Part shown: positions 16,292 through 18,570 of the stretch, piece by piece
Position numbering within the stretch: the first letter of the stretch is position 1
Layout of the letters: each line of letters starts with the position of its first letter
NCBI GenBank assembly: GCA_043753995.1
Contig: JAYUVP010000269.1
Coordinates: 1-18,570 of the forward strand
Source: Fibrobacterota bacterium
Lineage (GTDB): Bacteria; Fibrobacterota; Fibrobacteria; UBA11236
Direction of reading: 5' to 3'
Length of the DNA: 18,570 nucleotides
Made by a program: the position numbers and the translations under genes
Notes under the pieces: generated by a model
What the model saw: only the letters and a program-made list of their open reading frames with translations
Databases searched by the model: none
Told to the model about the DNA's origin: nothing

Positions 16292-16393
16292 GGTTTAAAC
16301 GCAAGTTGAAATGAGGTCGTTAAGGTTCAAAACATAATCTCTTCCCTGGAGAGGAGATTGAGTTTTGTCGGTGAATACCAAGCCGAATCGCGC

Positions 16394-16415
16394 CAATGTG
16401 ATCTTCATCACCTTT
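16394..16415. promoter_or_regulatory. CRP/FNR-family-like binding site
   Basis: CAATGTGATCTTCATCACCTTT matches the E. coli CRP consensus AAATGTGATCTAGATCACATTT at 18 of 22 positions. Lies in the divergent intergenic region. Confidence 0.5.
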
Positions 16416-16618
16416 TTCGTTTTTCAGCTTTCCACCCTATGTAGCCGTTCACGGTTGAGGTGGTCAGCATGCCTAGTCAGATAAAAATGGCTTTGAATCA
16501 CTAGGCTCGACCCCCATGGACGGCGGTAGATCAGCACTGAATAAATGGCCATGATGCCACACCTCCAAGTTGTCTAAATTTTGACTTACCGGGATATTTC
16601 GCTCAGTTCAAAGGACCC

Positions 16619-18337
16619 ATGGAATCGAATAACCTCTCCTCAACTCTCTGGTCCGTCGCTAACCTCCTTCGTGGCGACTATAAGCAATCCGACTACGGAA
16701 CCGTCATCCTACCCTTTACCCTCCTACGCCGCCTGGATTGCGTTCTGACCGATACCAAGGCTGCCGTCCTGGAAATGAAGACCAAGGTCGCCAAGGACGG
16801 CGACAAGGTCAAGGAAGCCCAGCTCAAGAAGGCAGCCAAGCAATCGTTCTACAACACTTCAAAGATGGACCTCAAGACTATCCTTGGCGATCCCAACAAA
16901 ATCAAATCCAACCTGATCGCCTATATTCAGGCCTTCTCGGAATCGGCTCGGGACATTTTCGACCATTACAAGTTTGCCGATCAAATCGAATATCTGGACG
17001 GTAAAAACCTTCTCTACAAGGTCGCCGAAGAATTCATCAAAATTGATCTGCATCCCAAGAAGGTTTCCAATACCGATATGGGATTGGTTTTCGAGGAGTT
17101 GATTCGGAAGTTTGCCGAACTGTCCAATGAAACGGCTGGTGAGCACTTCACCCCTCGGGAAGTCATCAAGCTCATGGTCAACCTCCTTTTCCTTGGGGAT
17201 GATTCCGCCTTGAGTAAGCCTGGAGTGGTTCGAACCATTTACGATCCCACCGCTGGTACTGGAGGCATGCTCTCGGTTTCGGAAGAGCATTTGCGGTCGA
17301 TGAATGCCCAGGCCAAGCTTGTCGCCTATGGCCAGGAATTGAACGACGAATCTTTCGCCATCTGTAAAGCCGATATGCTCATCAAGGGGCAGGATGTTGG
17401 GAATATTGCCCAGGGCAATACCCTTTCGGACGACAAACACCCTTCTGCCAAGTTCGATTATATGCTTTCGAATCCCCCGTTCGGAGTAGAGTGGAAAAAG
17501 GTTCAAAAGAAAATCGAGGACGAACACCTGCAAAAGGGTTTTGCTGGCAGATTTGGGGCGGGATTGCCCAGAGTCAACGATGGTTCCTTGCTTTTCCTCA
17601 TGCATTTGCTTTCCAAAATGCGTCCCGTCTCGGAAGGTGGATCCCGCATTGGAATTGTTTTGAATGGCTCTCCCCTATTCACAGGCGGCGCTGGCTCGGG
17701 CGAATCCGATATTCGCAAATGGATATTCGAGAACGACCTGCTGGAAGGCATCGTGGCCCTTCCCACCGACATGTTCTACAACACGGGCATCAGCACCTAT
17801 ATCTGGATTCTCACCAACCACAAGGCTCCGGAGCGCAAGGGTAAGGTTCAACTGGTCAATTCCGTGGACTTCTTTCAGAAGATGAAGAAGTCATTGGGCT
17901 CGAAACGTAAAGAAATGTCTCTTCCACAAGTTGATGAAGTCACCAAGATTTATGGAAAGTTCAAGAAGGGTGAGAGTTGCCAGATCTTGAAGACCGAAGA
18001 ATTTGGGTACCGGACCATCACTGTCGAACGCCCTCTGCTCGATGAAAAGAAGAAGCCAGTCCTGGATAAAAAAGGGCAGCCCAAGGGTGATTCGAAACTC
18101 AGGGATACTGAGAATGTCCCATTGACTGAGAAAATCGAATCCTACTTCAAGCGGGAAGTCCTTCCCCATGTTCCCGATGCCTGGATAGACGAAGAGAAAA
18201 CCAAGGTTGGATACGAGGTGCCCTTTACACGGGTTTTCTACAAGTATCAACCGCCCAGGTCACTGAAGGAAATCGATAAGGATCTCAAGCTCAAGGTGGC
18301 CAAGATTCAGGCTTTGTTGTCCGAGGTTTCGGAATGA
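16619..18337 (+). CDS. hsdM: Type I restriction-modification system M subunit (N6-adenine methyltransferase)
   Basis: HsdM N-domain ([13 protein letters not shown]...[14 protein letters not shown]), GEHFTPREV, motif [17 protein letters not shown], motif IV SNPPFG, MFYNTGI and [16 protein letters not shown]. Confidence 0.96.
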   Translation: MESNNLSSTLWSVANLLRGDYKQSDYGTVILPFTLLRRLDCVLTDTKAAVLEMKTKVAKDGDKVKEAQLKKAAKQSFYNTSKMDLKTILGDPNKIKSNLIAYIQAFSESARDIFDHYKFADQIEYLDGKNLLYKVAEEFIKIDLHPKKVSNTDMGLVFEELIRKFAELSNETAGEHFTPREVIKLMVNLLFLGDDSALSKPGVVRTIYDPTAGTGGMLSVSEEHLRSMNAQAKLVAYGQELNDESFAICKADMLIKGQDVGNIAQGNTLSDDKHPSAKFDYMLSNPPFGVEWKKVQKKIEDEHLQKGFAGRFGAGLPRVNDGSLLFLMHLLSKMRPVSEGGSRIGIVLNGSPLFTGGAGSGESDIRKWIFENDLLEGIVALPTDMFYNTGISTYIWILTNHKAPERKGKVQLVNSVDFFQKMKKSLGSKRKEMSLPQVDEVTKIYGKFKKGESCQILKTEEFGYRTITVERPLLDEKKKPVLDKKGQPKGDSKLRDTENVPLTEKIESYFKREVLPHVPDAWIDEEKTKVGYEVPFTRVFYKYQPPRSLKEIDKDLKLKVAKIQALLSEVSE

Positions 18338-18570
18338 GTGGGTATAAACCGTATCCGAAGTATAAGGAGTCGTGTGTCGAGTGGCTCGGGGATGTGCCGG
18401 AGCATTGGACAGTTGTCCGCTCCGATTCCGTGCTTGATTACATCCGAGAACAGGCCTCATCAAATGCTTTTACTGGCAAAAATGTATTTCATTATTACCC
18501 TCTGACGACGAGTGCAAAAGGTTTGCGTCGACCGAGAATGGGCTCTCGCCTTCCTTGTCTTTTGCCACAG
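18334..18570 (+). CDS. hsdS: Type I restriction-modification S subunit, N-terminal part (possibly interrupted near 18495)
   Basis: Not in the ORF track. ATG overlaps the hsdM stop (ATGA) and translates as [25 protein letters not shown]..., the classic HsdS start (YKDSG.EWLG.IP.HW). The frame stays open to the window end. Confidence 0.9.
   Translation, partial: MSGYKPYPKYKESCVEWLGDVPEHWTVVRSDSVLDYIREQASSNAFTGKNVFHYYPLTTSAKGLRRPRMGSRLPCLLPQ

Noticed and set aside
16336..16359. Hairpin AATCTCTTC-N6-GAGGAGATT upstream of the effector
   Set aside because: A single imperfect 9-bp stem with no adjacent U-tract; cannot be distinguished from chance.
16859..17605. 248-aa antisense ORF inside hsdM (and 15161-15745 inside the effector)
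   Set aside because: Antisense shadows of real genes with no independent motifs.
1..18570. CRISPR array, tRNA/rRNA, integrase, transposase or attC cassettes
   Set aside because: No regularly spaced repeats, cloverleaf, recombinase motifs or attC core sites were seen.

Overview
Bacterial chromosome window with two parts. Bases 1-11489 are housekeeping. A minus-strand run reads thrS-infC-rpmI-rplT-pheS-pheT-zapB-zapA-6S RNA-folD-ispA-dxs (dxs cut by the window edge), and a hisC-type aminotransferase is transcribed divergently from thrS. Bases 11693-18570 are accessory. They hold two tandem secreted DUF1080-like paralogs with a short basic D-I-R-G-x-R tail, a minus-strand two-gene module, and a type I restriction-modification hsdM plus the start of hsdS. 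The module is the most interesting element. It encodes a 658-aa signal-peptide-less protein (Pro/Gly leader, beta-rich domain, an OmpA-like domain apparently split by a peptidoglycan-binding domain, a Cys cluster, and a C-terminal BPSL0067/Tae2-like Cys-His amidase). It is translationally coupled to an AT-rich Cys-patterned lipoprotein resembling STY0301/Tai2 immunity proteins. This looks like an orphan cell-wall-targeting effector-immunity pair, with a strong CRP-like box upstream. The style of the secreted-protein tails suggests a Fibrobacterota/FCB-group organism, which is inference only. All family calls come from recognising motifs by eye; no searches were run.
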